From contig OZ024746.1 in the NCBI GenBank assembly GCA_964016885.1, positions 96,720,001 through 96,784,000 on the forward strand: a DNA stretch of 64,000 nt. The letters are read 5' to 3'. The notes below the pieces were generated by a model, which searched no databases, had not been told where the DNA came from, and was given only the letters and a program-made list of their open reading frames with translations. The stretch is from Eledone cirrhosa. Its lineage: Eukaryota. The position numbers and the translations under genes were made by a program. Numbering within the stretch: the first letter of the stretch is position 1; each line of letters begins with the position of its first letter. Positions 1-12,492 of the stretch are shown in pieces.

Positions 1-451
1 TATATATATATATACAATATAATATATATATATATGAGGAAAGGCGAGAGATAAGGGTAGATAGATATACTAATGAACGGGTATATAGATCAATAAGTAA
101 ATAATAAATAAGGCAGATAGATGTATAGCTACATAGAATAACTTGAATGGATAGAGATGAGGATATAACTGGCCAGAGAGAAATATCGAAAGAGTTTATA
201 GATAAATAGATTGATAGATTCAGAGAGAAATGCGAGTATATATAATTTTTTTGTGTAAATCGTAAACTAGTCGGTTGGATTGCTTGATAATAGATGTGTT
301 TATGTATAAGAAAAGACATATTAAAAGAGTAGAAAAAAAACAACTATGATATAATATATTAGATTCCAATAAGCGAAGCGAGGTGTGCTCAATGCTTAGG
401 GATGCAATGTTAAATATTATAGTAAGGTTATCTCCTCCATTTATTTTTGCT

Positions 452-490
<39 letters not shown>

Positions 491-3076
491 ATTTGTAAGA
501 ATATATTTAGTAGAAATGAAACCTCAATGTGAACAATTCATACATACATACATTGGCACACCCACACGGAGTGTAGACGTGCACAGCTTTCATAGACTCC
601 CTCCTTCATATATTTGTGTGAATGTCCGCCATTTTCTCGCCCTTTCCACCATCGGTATGCATATACGTGTGTGTGTGCGTGTGTATATATATATATATAT
701 AATTGCTTCTATATGCATACTAATGTATCTATATACACACGTCTTTTCAGAGGATAAGGCGAATATAGCAGAAATAGACATAGGTAACTAAAAAGTTGAA
801 GTAGAAAAGACAAAAACATCAAATCAACATACAGAAAAGGCTTAGCATACATACACTCGTATATATATATATATATGTATATACATATATATATAATTGT
901 ATATATATATGAATGTATGTATTAGACGATAATGAAAATGACTAAATAAAGAAAATATTGAGAGCAAAAATGAGTAAAAGTTTGAAGAAAAAGAAGGGGA
1001 AATTAGGAAGAGAAGGAAAAAGAAATAGATTGACTGATCTAAACAGGCTCGTAAGCGCACCTTGGTCTGATAACTGGCAATGTGTACTACGTCATAGGTT
1101 AACGCCCATATAATGATGTCATAAGGCCAACAGATAGAGGAAGGTGGGAAGTTGTTGCTATTGGTGATATGGGAAGGAAAGGGAAGCAGAGCGGTCAGAA
1201 AGCATATTTAGAACGTTATCTTAAACTATGGTTGACTTGATGAGTAAAGGAATAGCAGCAAGAGATAGACGTACAGAAATCTAGCGAATGGTAGTAGTAA
1301 GAAAAAAAAAGAGAAAGTAATGAAAAAAATATAAATGATGTTTTTTTTTCCTTCTCCCTCTCCCTATAGCGTGTATGATAGGAGTGGTAGGAGTAATAAA
1401 ATTGGTATAGAATCTGCGTGGGTTGTGTGTGTGTGTACTTCGAGCTATAAACACTGTGACTGTTTTCAGAGAGAGAGAGAGGAAGGGAAGAAAATATGTT
1501 TTCAATGTACGTATATAGAAAAGAAATGAGGAAATCTTTGATGATATAGAAAATTAGACAAAATTATTTTACATTTCTCCATCTCAAAGTACGAATATAC
1601 GTAAATAAATTAGTTTTCTGTTACATGCTTACAATGTAAGTATGCGCGAGTGTTTGACTGATATTCAGTTGAAATTCGTTTCCAACTAAACAGCCAGGAT
1701 CCGTATAATATATATCTATATGTATGTATTTCCTACTATTCACTTGTTAGTATCATTAAAACGGCTAGTAACGGAGTACTACTCACGAACGAATGACATC
1801 ATCAAAATATGAGCTTGTTTGTTTTAATCTGCTTATAAAATACTTTTTTTAAATCTCAATTGATATTCTATTTTATTCAATTTTTACAATAGTTGATATC
1901 CCTTTGGCTGTTTCGTGTTTAAAGAACAATATAGTTGTTGTTTTGCTCTAGCCTATTTTGAAATGATATTTCTTGTTCCTAAGATTCTGCCACCTTAGCA
2001 AACAAAATGATATGGTCACTGTAAGCTCACCGTTTCCCTAAGTGTCAAACTACATTTACGTGACGCCTCGCACGCTGTCTGTTTTAGGAAATACCCTCCA
2101 AAGCTTTCATACGTCATCATTCTCCCTTCAATATACAAATATACAAGCAATAATGACTAGTAACAAATAACATTTTCTAATAGCCAAAGTCCCAGATCAT
2201 GCCATGTCTTAGTTATCATTCAGTATTTTCTTTCGTAAAGTACCAAATATATTTATGAAATATCTTAGCTGGATGTTAGTGGTGACAACTCGATGTCCGG
2301 GTAAAATAAGGAACGTCAGTCTCTCTCTCAAAAGAATCATTATTGTGGTTTAGTCTGAGATCAGCCCTGATAGACCTATAATTAAGGTCGTTCAAGTCAA
2401 GGATTACAGTACCTGTTTTTAAACGAAAACAAGTGGTTTAATAGAGATTTTGTCTGACATTTCTAGTAGTTCGAGCAACCGCGTCGAGGCTAAATTGTTA
2501 CGTATCTTGCTTGCATTTGTATTTTGCCGCTGTACTGTACCCACATTTAGTAAAGAAAACAGAATTTATAGTAAAGTCGTCAGCTAACGAAATGTCGATG
2601 TCAACTTCGCCTTTCATCCTTCCGTGACCGGTAAAATAAAGTACCAATGGATGAATGCACCATAGATATGTTTAGAATTATAAGACTAGACAGGCAACAT
2701 TCCAGAGGCTGTGATGCACCCATGAAATGCTGCGACGAGGGCTGAGGATAGCAAGCGGCACAAATCTGCGTCGTTGCTTGAAGCATGTCTTTAAAAATCG
2801 ATGATACTAATCATAATTGACGAAGGTTTTCATCAATTCCATCGGAACAAAAATAGTTGAAGCAACAAGTGAAAAGACCTCTATTTCGTTGCATGGTTCT
2901 AAGTTCGGCAACATAACCAAATCACAGAACAACACAGAAGGGTAAACAAAAGAAAGCCGTCACCCAGACTTCTACGAGTTACTAATACCTGAAAGGTAGA
3001 GGTAAATTTGAAGAAAACACTCGTATTTCTGAGCTATATTGTTAGAACGATGTCACGCTCTGACCTTATGACGTGG

Positions 3077-3385
3077 CTGGGCTGGATTTAGACATTAGGA
3101 GGCCCTGGGGTACTTCAGGTTTAGTGGGTCCCTCATACACAAAAAATTAGAATACACAGCAAACCCCCAATTTTACATATCAAAGTTAGCTTGGTGCAAG
3201 TAATTGGAATTGAAAAGTTATACATACAGGTATTAAATTAAAAAAATCTAACCATCCTAAAACTAAAAAAGCCCAGTTGATGGCACAAATAAATTGCTAC
3301 GGCTGTCGCTGGTGGGTCACCCCACTGCAGGGGACCCGGGACAATTGCTCCCTTTGCTTTCCTCCCCCCATTAAATCCAGCCCTG
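3077..3385 (+). mobile_element. Non-autonomous DNA transposon (MITE) with TIR c(a)gggctggattta...taaatccagccctg; partial copies at ~9392-9700(-), ~36105-36297, ~38513-38740
   Basis: Terminal inverted repeats visible; internal segment (aattttacatatcaaagttagc...ctaaaactaaaaaa) shared by four loci. Confidence 0.75.
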
Positions 3386-3954
3386 CTGACTGGACAAAAA
3401 GAAGATAAGGTGAGGGACTTGATTGAGTCAACAGTGTCTTCATAAGTCAATATAGAGTGAGTATATTGCATGAAAGAAAAAAACCCTAGATTAAGAAGAA
3501 CACAATGAATGGTGTAGAAGATGTAAGATTCAGGCCTGTCACAAGACTTTGGCACTCAATTGGGTTTCAGGACATTCTGAGAGGTAGACACTGGTTAAAA
3601 GAACATATTTCAGGACATTTTTTCTATAAACTCAGTTTTCTAAATCTGAGGGTGCACCATTGTAAATTAGGCAGGCAGTACCACCCAGTGCTGCTCCCTT
3701 CACCTTGGCAATGGACCCGGTGAGATGTAGCAGATTTGTGGATAGATCTTTAGCAGGGTTATTGATAAATATAGGTTTGCTGATGTGGTAGTTTGGTTGG
3801 GTCATTTGTGGTGGTGTAGTAGAAATATGAAGATGAAAGAATAGCTTGTTGATCAAGTAATGGCAAGTGAGTAAGTCAAGTTGGTCTCAGTGAATTGAGA
3901 GAAGTTTTGTCATGTTCGAGGATCAAAATGTTGTGGTGTGAAGTAACATTGCAT

Positions 3955-4205
3955 GCATGAATGCCTTTGTGCGCTGCAAGCAGTGCATTGAGCCGGTGCT
4001 TATCCCGGCTTCATGGCATGAAGCAACTGAGAGTACAAGACTTCCCACTGAACAGGACGCCAGTCCATCACAGGGTTAAACACCCAGCCATTGCTGGTAC
4101 TCATTTTCAGCTGAGTATACTGGAGCAATGTGAAATGAAGTGTTTTGCTGAAGAACACAACACACAACCCAGGAATCAAACTCACGACATTATGATCGTA
4201 AGTCC
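3955..4205 (-). mobile_element. tRNA-derived CORE-type SINE; second copy ~22975-23145(-)
   Basis: Reverse complement contains the CORE-like block (cactt-atttcacattgctccagt--actcagctg) and a B-box-like gagtttgattcc; near-identical copy at 23 kb. Confidence 0.7.
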
Positions 4206-5369
4206 AAAAAGATGCATGTTTAGATGCAGTATGTTATGTCTGCAAAAATAGTAATATTTACTAGTAGTAATCTTTACTAATAGTAATACTTACTAATAGT
4301 AATACTTACTAACCTGTGTAGCTAGTACCGGTCTAGCAGGGCTAGCAAGAGAGTGTGTGTGGTTTATATTACTAGGCAGACCAAACAAACTGTTAGTTAC
4401 ATAGTCAAAAGCAGACTATTTTGAGAAGTCGAAAAGCAGAAAGTCTGGGGGTCGAAAATCTCTCGTATATATAAGAATTAAGTTTCCCAGAAACATTATA
4501 TAGATGGTCTTTTCAATTGTCCTCTTTTCAGATACTCTGGCTGCGTGAGCTTCCTACAAGAGAATATTATCTAGGTTTTTGGCTTTGAGGTCATAGGTCA
4601 GCCTTTTAGTTGTCATGTTAGGCAAGCTAAGAAAACCATTGTAGAAAAAATATAATATGTTGAGGTTTCACTACAGACCCACTAAGTTCTATATGGTTAG
4701 TATAGTACTTATAAAGAACAATAGATTAGTATGGTGCTTAGAAAGAACAATAGATTAGTGATTCATAAACTGGAGAACCAGGCAAAAAAACAAACAAAAA
4801 AAAAAGCTTCGTTCTGGATATATCAGGAATATTTTAGAAAAGGATGAACGCTAGATCAAAGAGGAGTAAACATAATAATTATGTCTGTTGTGAAGATCTT
4901 TAAATACAAGAATAATACTGGATACAACTTAGATGAATTAGCTTTGGTTTGCTATATAAGACTATCCAGTCTTTCAAATTCCTGCACAACATGTGTTGCA
5001 AGTTCAAAGAAGTAATTTATCATTCTACCACTACCAGATCACCATCATCATCATCATCATTTTACGTCCGCTTTTCAGATATTTTAACAAAAAGCCTGCA
5101 TCGGATTATTTCAATAAAATGCATGCAAATAAACAAAATTTATATAATAAAAAGAGAAAAAATGAAAAGTGGAAGAAAACTCACACATTCAACCAAACGA
5201 CTCAGTGAGGGGCACTTGGGTTTCTCTCTAATAAAGTTTTAGGCACTCTGACTTTTTGTTAAAAAAATATCTACTGCTAAGCATTCTTTAAGTATAATAC
5301 ACCAATTTCATCTCAAATTGTATCATCCTTCTTTTAAATCTTGGTTCCAGGAAAGATGAACTTCTATGT

Positions 5370-6570
5370 CTACCTACTTATTCCTGGGAGGGTCATGAGG
5401 GTCAGAGTCACCAAGCACACTTCCCAATGGGTCTTGTCAGGGGCAGCCATCTCCAACTGGTCCGGCTGGATCCCCAAGCATGACAAGCCAAGCTCATGGA
5501 TCCAACCATCTGGCTCGGGGTCTACCCCTTGGTCTCTTGCAGGTTGAGTTTGCCCGTAAAATCTGTCCAGCGATTCTTTCCTGAGACATTCTAACCACAT
5601 GTCCATAGTATCAGAGCTGTGATCTCTCAATTCGGAGAAGTAGCAGCTCTACTTGGAGTGACTCTCTGATCTCTGAATAACATTACTCCAAAACCCTTCG
5701 GAGGAACCCGATTTCAGCCGCTTGTATATGCGATCATATTTTTTCAATCATTAACCAAGATTCATGACCAGAGGTAAGGGTTGGCATGAATATAGAATTG
5801 AAGATAGCGAGTTTAGCATTGACACCTACCTCCCTTTTTCTGATGACTGAATGCTGAAGTTTGCGCATTACTGCACCAGATTCTGCAATTCTTGCACTTA
5901 ATTCAGCTTCCTACCCGCCACCATTACTGAATATGGTCCTCAAGTACTTAAACTTCTATACCTGCTTCAGTGGACCTCCACTCATGTAGAGTCACTCATC
6001 CTTGATGAGAGGACGAGTGTCTCAGTTTTCACAGCACTGATTTTCATTCCAGCCATGCAACACTTTGCATCAAACCTATCAAGTACAAGTTGGAGATCAT
6101 CTTCTGTCGATACAAGTAACACCATGTCGTCTACAAATTCCAGCTGGCTGATTTTTCACCAGCTAGTGATGATACCACTTCCAACCCAGCTGTGCATGTC
6201 AATCCTGTTCATGAAAATAATGAACAAGAGAGGTGAGAGTATACATCCATGGCAGAGTCCAACTCCCACATTGATTGGTTCTGACGTAGCCGCACTTATC
6301 CAAACACAAATACTAGAGCAGTTGTATTGAGACATCAGGGCAGCAAGGAGCTGACCATCAAACCCATACTCCTTCAGAATCTTCCACAGTAGGTATTGTA
6401 GAATGTGGTCATATGCCTTTTCGAGGTCTATGAAACAAGCATATAGCTCTTGACAATACACCCATGATTTCTCGAATACCTGTTGCAGTGTGAATATTAG
6501 GTCGGCTGTGCTGCGTCCAGGGCAAAAATCCCACTCTTCATCACCTAGCTTGGACTCGACAATTGCCTGT
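5370..6570 (-). mobile_element. Degenerate RTE-clade LINE (Rex3/Expander-like), RT region to 3' end
   Basis: ORF 6156-6461 FIDLEKAYD...VGVGLCHGCILSPLLFIIFMNRI (RT motifs); 3' end homologous to 15060-15310(-), 16720-17100, 37830-38260, 59440-60430. Confidence 0.85.
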
Positions 6571-6899
6571 CACCAATTTCATACTTTTCTCAAAGCCCCA
6601 AAGACTAGGCCTTTTTTGGAGTAACCTTTACTCGCCTTATTGTAGTTACATCACTGGGTTGTGAGAGTTTTCTTAGGAGCTAACAGTGCCATCCAGTAGC
6701 ATAGCTAGAGGGGTGCGGGGGGGGGGGGGGGGGTCCGCCCGGGTAACACTTTCATGAGGGCAGCACTTTTGGGTCTGCTGTAGTCTATAAGCGTTCTTTT
6801 AATGCTGCAGCATAATATTATAATTGTACAAAGACTAATTAATATATTGATATATATATATATAATATAAGATCAAAAGATGGTTAAAAGTGTTCCATG

Positions 6900-6970
6900 T
6901 ATTTTATTATGCGCATTTCAAAAACAAATATCATCATGGGATGATATTTGCGTTCTCATCAGATAAAATA
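6900..6970 (-). ncRNA. Type I hammerhead ribozyme motif (left arm of palindrome)
   Basis: Reverse complement: tattttat CTGATGA gaacgcaaatatcatc-ccat-gatgatatttgttttt GAAA tgcgca TA ataaaata; intact core, stems I and II, palindromic stem III. Confidence 0.85.
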
Positions 6971-7078
6971 GGGAGACATGATATGAAGCTTAAAAAACAC
7001 TTGCGAGCAGTGAAGTGTTAAATCAACATATGTTGATTTAACACTTCACTGTTTTTTAAGCTTCATATCATGTCGCCC

Positions 7079-7149
7079 TATTTTATCTGATGAGAACGCA
7101 AATATCATCCCATGATGATATTTGTTTTTGAAATGCACATAATAAAATA
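7079..7149 (+). ncRNA. Type I hammerhead ribozyme motif (right arm of palindrome)
   Basis: CTGATGA at 7087-7093, long stem II, GAAA at 7130-7133, AUA cleavage triplet, stem I tattttat/ataaaata. Confidence 0.85.
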
Positions 7150-7277
7150 CATGGAACTCTTTTAACCATCTTTTGATCTTATATTATTTATACTCCAGTC
7201 CTATAAACTGTTGAGTGCTACTTATCCAATATTTTCATTGCTTTAGTGTGCTACAATAAAACTCACCTCCTACATAT

Positions 7278-7745
7278 ATACATCAATGTATGCATAGTAT
7301 ATTTGGCAATATACTGTATGTTTAATTAAAAACATTTTGAAGACCTTACGCTATCATTTTAAAGTAGTGACTATTTCACTTCTTTTCGGCGAAAGAAGGC
7401 AGAGAAGCTAACAGTCCGTTTCATGCTGTTTGGAAATCATCAGAACTACGTACTGCCCTCTTCCACCGAAAATTATAGAAGCTGGATTCTTTTAGAATTC
7501 CAGTAATAATCAGGAGCTGATTATACAGAGCGATTGCCGGTCCAGCAAAAATTAAGTATTAGGATTGGTGCTCTGAAATAGCGATGTATACATGAATGTA
7601 TGTATAATATATCTGGCGAAAAGAAGTAAGTGACATAGTCACTACTTTAAAATTATAGCGTAAGGTCTTCAAATTGTTTTTAATTAAACATATGGTATAT
7701 TGCCAAATATACTATGCATACATTCATGTATACATCGCTATTTCA
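7278..7745 (-). mobile_element. Penelope-like non-autonomous element with inverted plus partial tandem terminal repeat and a minimal hammerhead (7395-7460)
   Basis: 7278-7390 is inverted against 7615-7745; reverse complement shows agtt CTGATGA tttccaaacagcat GAAACggactGTT agct. Confidence 0.6.
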
Positions 7746-8257
7746 GAAAGAAGGGTTTCTCCCTGCGTATGAAAGGCCGGTTGTATGATGCCTGTGTGAG
7801 GAGTGCGATGCTGCATGGTAGTGAGACTTGGGCAGCAACTGCAGAGGATATGCGACGGCTGGAGAGAAATGGGGCAAGCAAGCTCCGTTGGATGTGCAGT
7901 GTCAATGTGCGTGAACGACCCAGCATAAATGTGTTGAGAGAGAAACTGTGTCCGAGAGGGATAGAATGTAGTGTACGGGAGAGGAGACTGAGGTGGTATG
8001 GACATGTGATGCACATGGAGGATGACCGATGGGTGAAGAAGTGCCAGGAAATGCCAGTTGAAGGAAGACGTGGTAGAGGTAGACCACGAAAAACATGGGC
8101 GGAGGTGGTGAGTACAGACCTCAAATTACTGAAGCTCACGGTGGAGATGACGAAGGACCGTGACAAGTGGAGAAATGCTGTGCTGAATAAGACCTGTCCC
8201 ACCCTTGCAAGCAGGGAAGAGCGGACGTAAAGTGATGATGATGATGATGATGATGAT
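7746..8257 (+). mobile_element. 5'-truncated RTE LINE 3' end (family A) with (GAT)n tail
   Basis: ORF KGRLYDACVRSAMLHGSETW...RRLRWYGHV...GRGRPRKTW; (gat)n tail. Confidence 0.92.
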
Positions 8258-8259
8258 AT

Positions 8260-8550
8260 AGAGGCCAAACAAACTGAAAACAGCGGTCATGGAGCCATTG
8301 GCCACCGAAGCCAAAAAAACGAAGCAAGCTAAACAGGTCAAACAAAAGAATTTACCTGGACCCCTGGAATTGATGGTATAATCCAGTGAAAGGTTTCTGT
8401 GACACCTATACTGCCTGCTTCCATATTAAGCTTTTGGTATAATGATCGAACAAGGCTGTCACTTCGTCAACAGGTATTTTATTCTCAGCCAGCGAGTGGG
8501 ATCCCGGCAGTAGCAATGTGTTGTAGTGATTACCCCACGTGTATTCCCTG
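8260..8550 (+). mobile_element. Unclassified interspersed repeat (partly homologous to 30805-31115 on minus)
   Basis: aggccaaacaaactg...aaacaggtcaaa matches the reverse complement of 30917-30998. Confidence 0.55.
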
Positions 8551-9124
8551 CAATATATATATATATAAGAGTGAGTCACTGAGCAATATGTATTTTTTGT
8601 GAGGGCCTGGGAGTTGCAAACTGCAGGGCTGTGTCAGGGGCCACACACTCTAGCTACGTCACTGTTTCCATCCTATCTTTTTAATCATACACAATGCATG
8701 CATGAATATATTATCGAATGTCTCTTTCCTTTATATGGGTTGGGTATTTGGCTGTTATTTCTAGCAGGCTAAGAAACAATGTAGGGGGCTCCTTGTAAAA
8801 CAGTAGAAAAGGATGATGACTAAAACCAGAAGGCTGCTTGTCAGTGAGGGCATATTTATTGATTGAACAAAATAGCTTTCTTCTGAATATAATCTAGGAT
8901 TTGGATGGAATAATGATAGCGAGAAAGTTCAAATATGAGATGACTCTTTTATGAGGTTCATTCAGCATGTAAAGAGATATCTAATGTGTACGGCTTCTAA
9001 GAGTGACCACGGAAAACAATAAGTCATAGCATCTGTAGAGGAGAGTACTTCAGATTTATTTATTAGTGTTAATTTAATTGTTTCAGCCCCACCTTCCAGA
9101 GTTGTGTGTATTTTATAAATATAT

Positions 9125-9315
9125 AATTGTTTCTACTTTTGGCACAAGGCCAGCAATTACCCAGTACATTACTGGTACTTTATTTTATCGACCCCATAAG
9201 GATGAAAGGCAAAGTTAACCATGACGGGATTTGAACTCTGACCGTAAAGGGACGTAACTATGCTAGAAAGCATGGTGTCCAACCCTCTACCGATACTGCC
9301 AATTCACTGCCCATT
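9125..9315 (-). mobile_element. Dominant tRNA-derived SINE family (about 190 bp)
   Basis: A-box-like tggcagtatcggta, B-box gagttcaaatcc, core gcctttcatccttacggggtcgataaaataaagtaccag; further copies at ~2580, 14712(-), 17390, 18470(-), 21072(-)/21240(+), 34690, 36360(-), 37340-37808, 39675, 46663(-), 49680(-), 62003(-). Confidence 0.88.
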
Positions 9316-9845
9316 TTATAAATATATAATGAGTAAGTGTGACACTGCAACGAGTGGGAAAAGTAAATGTTATAAAATTCATCCTCCATGAGCAGGGCCG
9401 GATTTAAGGGGGGGGGGGGGGGGGAGGTCAAAGGAGGCAATTGACCCAAGCCCCCTACAGTATGGCTGTAGCAATTTATTTGTGCCCTCAGCTGGGTTTT
9501 TTAGTTTTAGGATAGTTAGAATTTTTTAATTTAATACCTGTATGTATAACTTTTCAATTCCAGTTACTTGTACCAAACTAACTTTGATATGTAAAATTGG
9601 GGAGGTTGCTGTGTATTCTAATTTTTTGTGTATGAACCCCCCCCCCCCCCCCCCCCCCCCCACCACCACCACCACCACCACCACCTCACCAAACCTGAAA
9701 TGGGTTGTATGGTGTTATAACTTGTAATATGATATGGTGTGGGTAAGTGTGGACTGTATAGTGGAAAAGTCCCCCACCCAAGGTCTAAATCCAACTCTGT
9801 GGGTAGTTCTAAACTTAATTATAGTTATATACATATATAGTTTCC

Positions 9846-10043
9846 TTTGAGGCAGGGGCCATGACTTAGTGTTTGATATTCTTTGAGTTTGAAAAACATT
9901 TGTAATGGCTATTTTTAACATTTTAAGAGTGTTTTAAGTTTTTTAAAAACTTAAAATACTCATAAAATGTTAAAAATAGCCATTACAAATGTTTTTCAAA
10001 CTCAAAGAATATCAAACACTAAGTCATGGCCCCTGCCTCAAAG
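9846..10043. repeat. Near-perfect palindrome, about 200 bp
   Basis: ctttgaggcaggggccatgacttagtg... mirrored as ...cactaagtcatggcccctgcctcaaag, centre ~9945, essentially no spacer. Confidence 0.9.
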
Positions 10044-10366
10044 ATTTGTGCAGGTCTAGAAGCTGCAGAATTTTTTTCATCAACTTGAAGAACATCAATT
10101 GTGAAGAAAATATCAAAAATTGTCATAAGGAAGTGTCAGGACCTACTTTTGAGTCTCCACTTGAGTCGGGACTGAATCTCCCTGTGTGGATGTTCACTTG
10201 TTTTATGTCCGGCCAAGGACACACAATCATAACACATCCATACAGTACCCGGTCCTGTCCAAAGAGAGCACGAAAGGCCTGCTAATGCTGATGTCACATC
10301 ACTGGACCCTCATTTTCAGCAAGACCTCGCCTGCACTTCTAACACCCTGGCCCCACAAAATCTTAA

Positions 10367-10591
10367 CCCTTTAGGATTTAAACTGGCCGTATCCGGCCAG
10401 AATTCCCTTACTTATTTCTGTTCAAACCGGTTGTAACTGGCCACTCATACTGATGTTAAGGTATTGTTCTCAAAATAAATAATATCAAAATCTCATAGAT
10501 TCGTTATTATGTGAGATAATCATGTGAGATAAAGCCTTTACCACAAAAATACAATAGTATATATATATAGAGCAATGTAAATGCTAAAGGG
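10367..10591 (+). mobile_element. piggyBac-like TTAA MITE family 1 (copies 15383-15590, 21623-21818(-), ~26370-26555(-), 47545-47963, 54037-54236)
   Basis: TTAA|ccctttag...ctaaaggg|TTAA termini; conserved interior gttaaggtattgttctcaaaataaataatatcaaaatctc. Confidence 0.85.
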
Positions 10592-11056
10592 TTAAGCCCA
10601 ATTGTTCTTGTGCTGTGAGAACATTCTTCCTGAGGCTTTTCATGCTTGTGATACCAAACTGATTGAAACTACCCTTAATTCTAAGATACAAATCAGTTTT
10701 TAGCACTTGGTATTCTCTAGTCATTGGTTTAGCAGAAAATACCTAAAAATGGATTTGTTGATTCAAATATTTACAGTATCTTTAATATCACATCAATTTT
10801 TAATGTGGCGCAGTCATAGTGCTGTTTTGTACATTTCAAGAATGTCTCGCTAATGTCTCGCTAATGTGGTTTCATGTAGTATTAGAGTAAAGACGTTAAT
10901 TTTTAACATCACATACCTGGTCTCCTACCTTTTCCACGGAAATACTTAACATATATATATATATATAACTGATGGAGACATTCTATTTGTGTAGTTACTG
11001 TTGAAGCTGTAGATGTTAGGCAGTGCTGGGATTAGCTATAGCTTAGGGCCTTATTT

Positions 11057-11374
11057 ATTCTTTATGAGCAAGACACTTTATTTCACATTGCTCCAGTTTA
11101 CTCAGCTGTAGAAATGAGATGATAGGGACTGGGGTCCATATCATTCCACTGCAAAGTGGTGGTGGAGGTGCCCTGGCAAAAAAGCACCCAGCCCACACTG
11201 CAAAGTGGACGTGTAGACGCCACGGAAAAAAAAAAAAGCACCCAGCACTCACTGTAAATGAGGTTGGTGTTAGGAAGGGTATCCAGCTGTAGAAATGAAG
11301 CCAGAATCAGTTCCCGTCCCACCCTTGCAAGCAGGAAAAAAGCGGACGTAAAATGATAATGATGATGATGATGA

Positions 11375-11378
<4 letters not shown>
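11057..11378 (+). mobile_element. CORE-type SINE with RTE-derived 3' tail
   Basis: gagcaagacactttatttcacattgctccag core followed by RTE 3'UTR repeats and a (gat)n tail. Confidence 0.7.
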
Positions 11379-11448
<70 letters not shown>

Positions 11449-11456
11449 GATATATA

Positions 11457-12162
11457 TAATGCGAACGGCAAAACATAAATGAACTAAGCGAGAAATTAGG
11501 AATAAGAGGGATCAGATGCTGTTTACTTGAGAGAAGACTACGTTGGTATGGCCACGTGATGCGCATGAAAGACGACAGCTGTATAAAAAAGTGCAGGGCG
11601 ATCAAAATTGATGGAAGTTACGGAGTAGGTAGACCCAGAAAAACCTGGGATGATTTGATAAATTCCGACCTTACACACTTACACCTCTCTAAGACAATGT
11701 CACTGGACCGAGATCTTTGGCGCCACACAGTAATACAGAAGACCCGCCTTGCCTAAGTACAAAGTGAAACCTACAGTCAGTAGTCACCTCTTAACCAAAT
11801 ATACACCCCCTCCCACTACCTCTACTCCATCCCCCCACTCCCACCAACACCACCCTCTCTCTGTAAAGTTATGTTGGTACCACAACATCCAGTCCTAAAT
11901 AAATGAAGTTGTGTAGGTGTCACGACAAAAAACACACAGTCCATGCTGTAATGTGGCCATGTAAGTAACACGGTAAAAACCTCCCAGTCAACACTGTAAA
12001 TGTGGTTGGTGTAAGGAAGGGCATCCAGCCATAGAAAACCTGCCAGATAGTCCTATACGAGCGAGACACGGTCACCCGACCAATCTTGCCTCAAGTGGGA
12101 CAATTATCGTCTAACCCATGCTAGCATGGAAGATAAACGTTAAACGATGATGATGATGATGA
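11457..12162 (+). mobile_element. RTE LINE family B 3' end and 3'UTR
   Basis: ORF 11556-11756 nearly identical to the C-terminus of ORF 12528-13862; (gat)n tail. Confidence 0.92.
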
Positions 12163-12185
12163 TATAATATATATATTGCCAAAAG

Positions 12186-12229
<44 letters not shown>

Positions 12230-12391
12230 ATACTTGGAGAGGGTCATATTTGTGTAATATTGCCAGAATTAATAACAGAACACACTCACTGTTTGGCAAT
12301 ATTACACAAATATGACCCTCCCCAAGTATAACAATATTTGTCTCGACACACGATTTCATATAAAAAACCTCACAAAACTTATTCATCGCCG

Positions 12392-12426
<35 letters not shown>

Positions 12427-12492
12427 GCATATATATAAATGAAAGGTATAGAAAATATTGTAGCAAAAAGCCATATTATATATATATATATA

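Larger units (their letters stand above)
6694..8664 (+). mobile_element. hAT-like MITE split by about 1.7 kb of nested insertions
   Basis: TIRs cagtagcatagctaga / tctagctacgtcactg with imperfect 8-bp TSD gtgccatc / tttccatc. Confidence 0.6.

Noticed and set aside
447-1060. YIYI-rich ORFs (also 31942-32834, 44268-44856, 48355-48777, 60578-60868)
   Set aside because: Translations of (TA)n/(CA)n microsatellites, not genes
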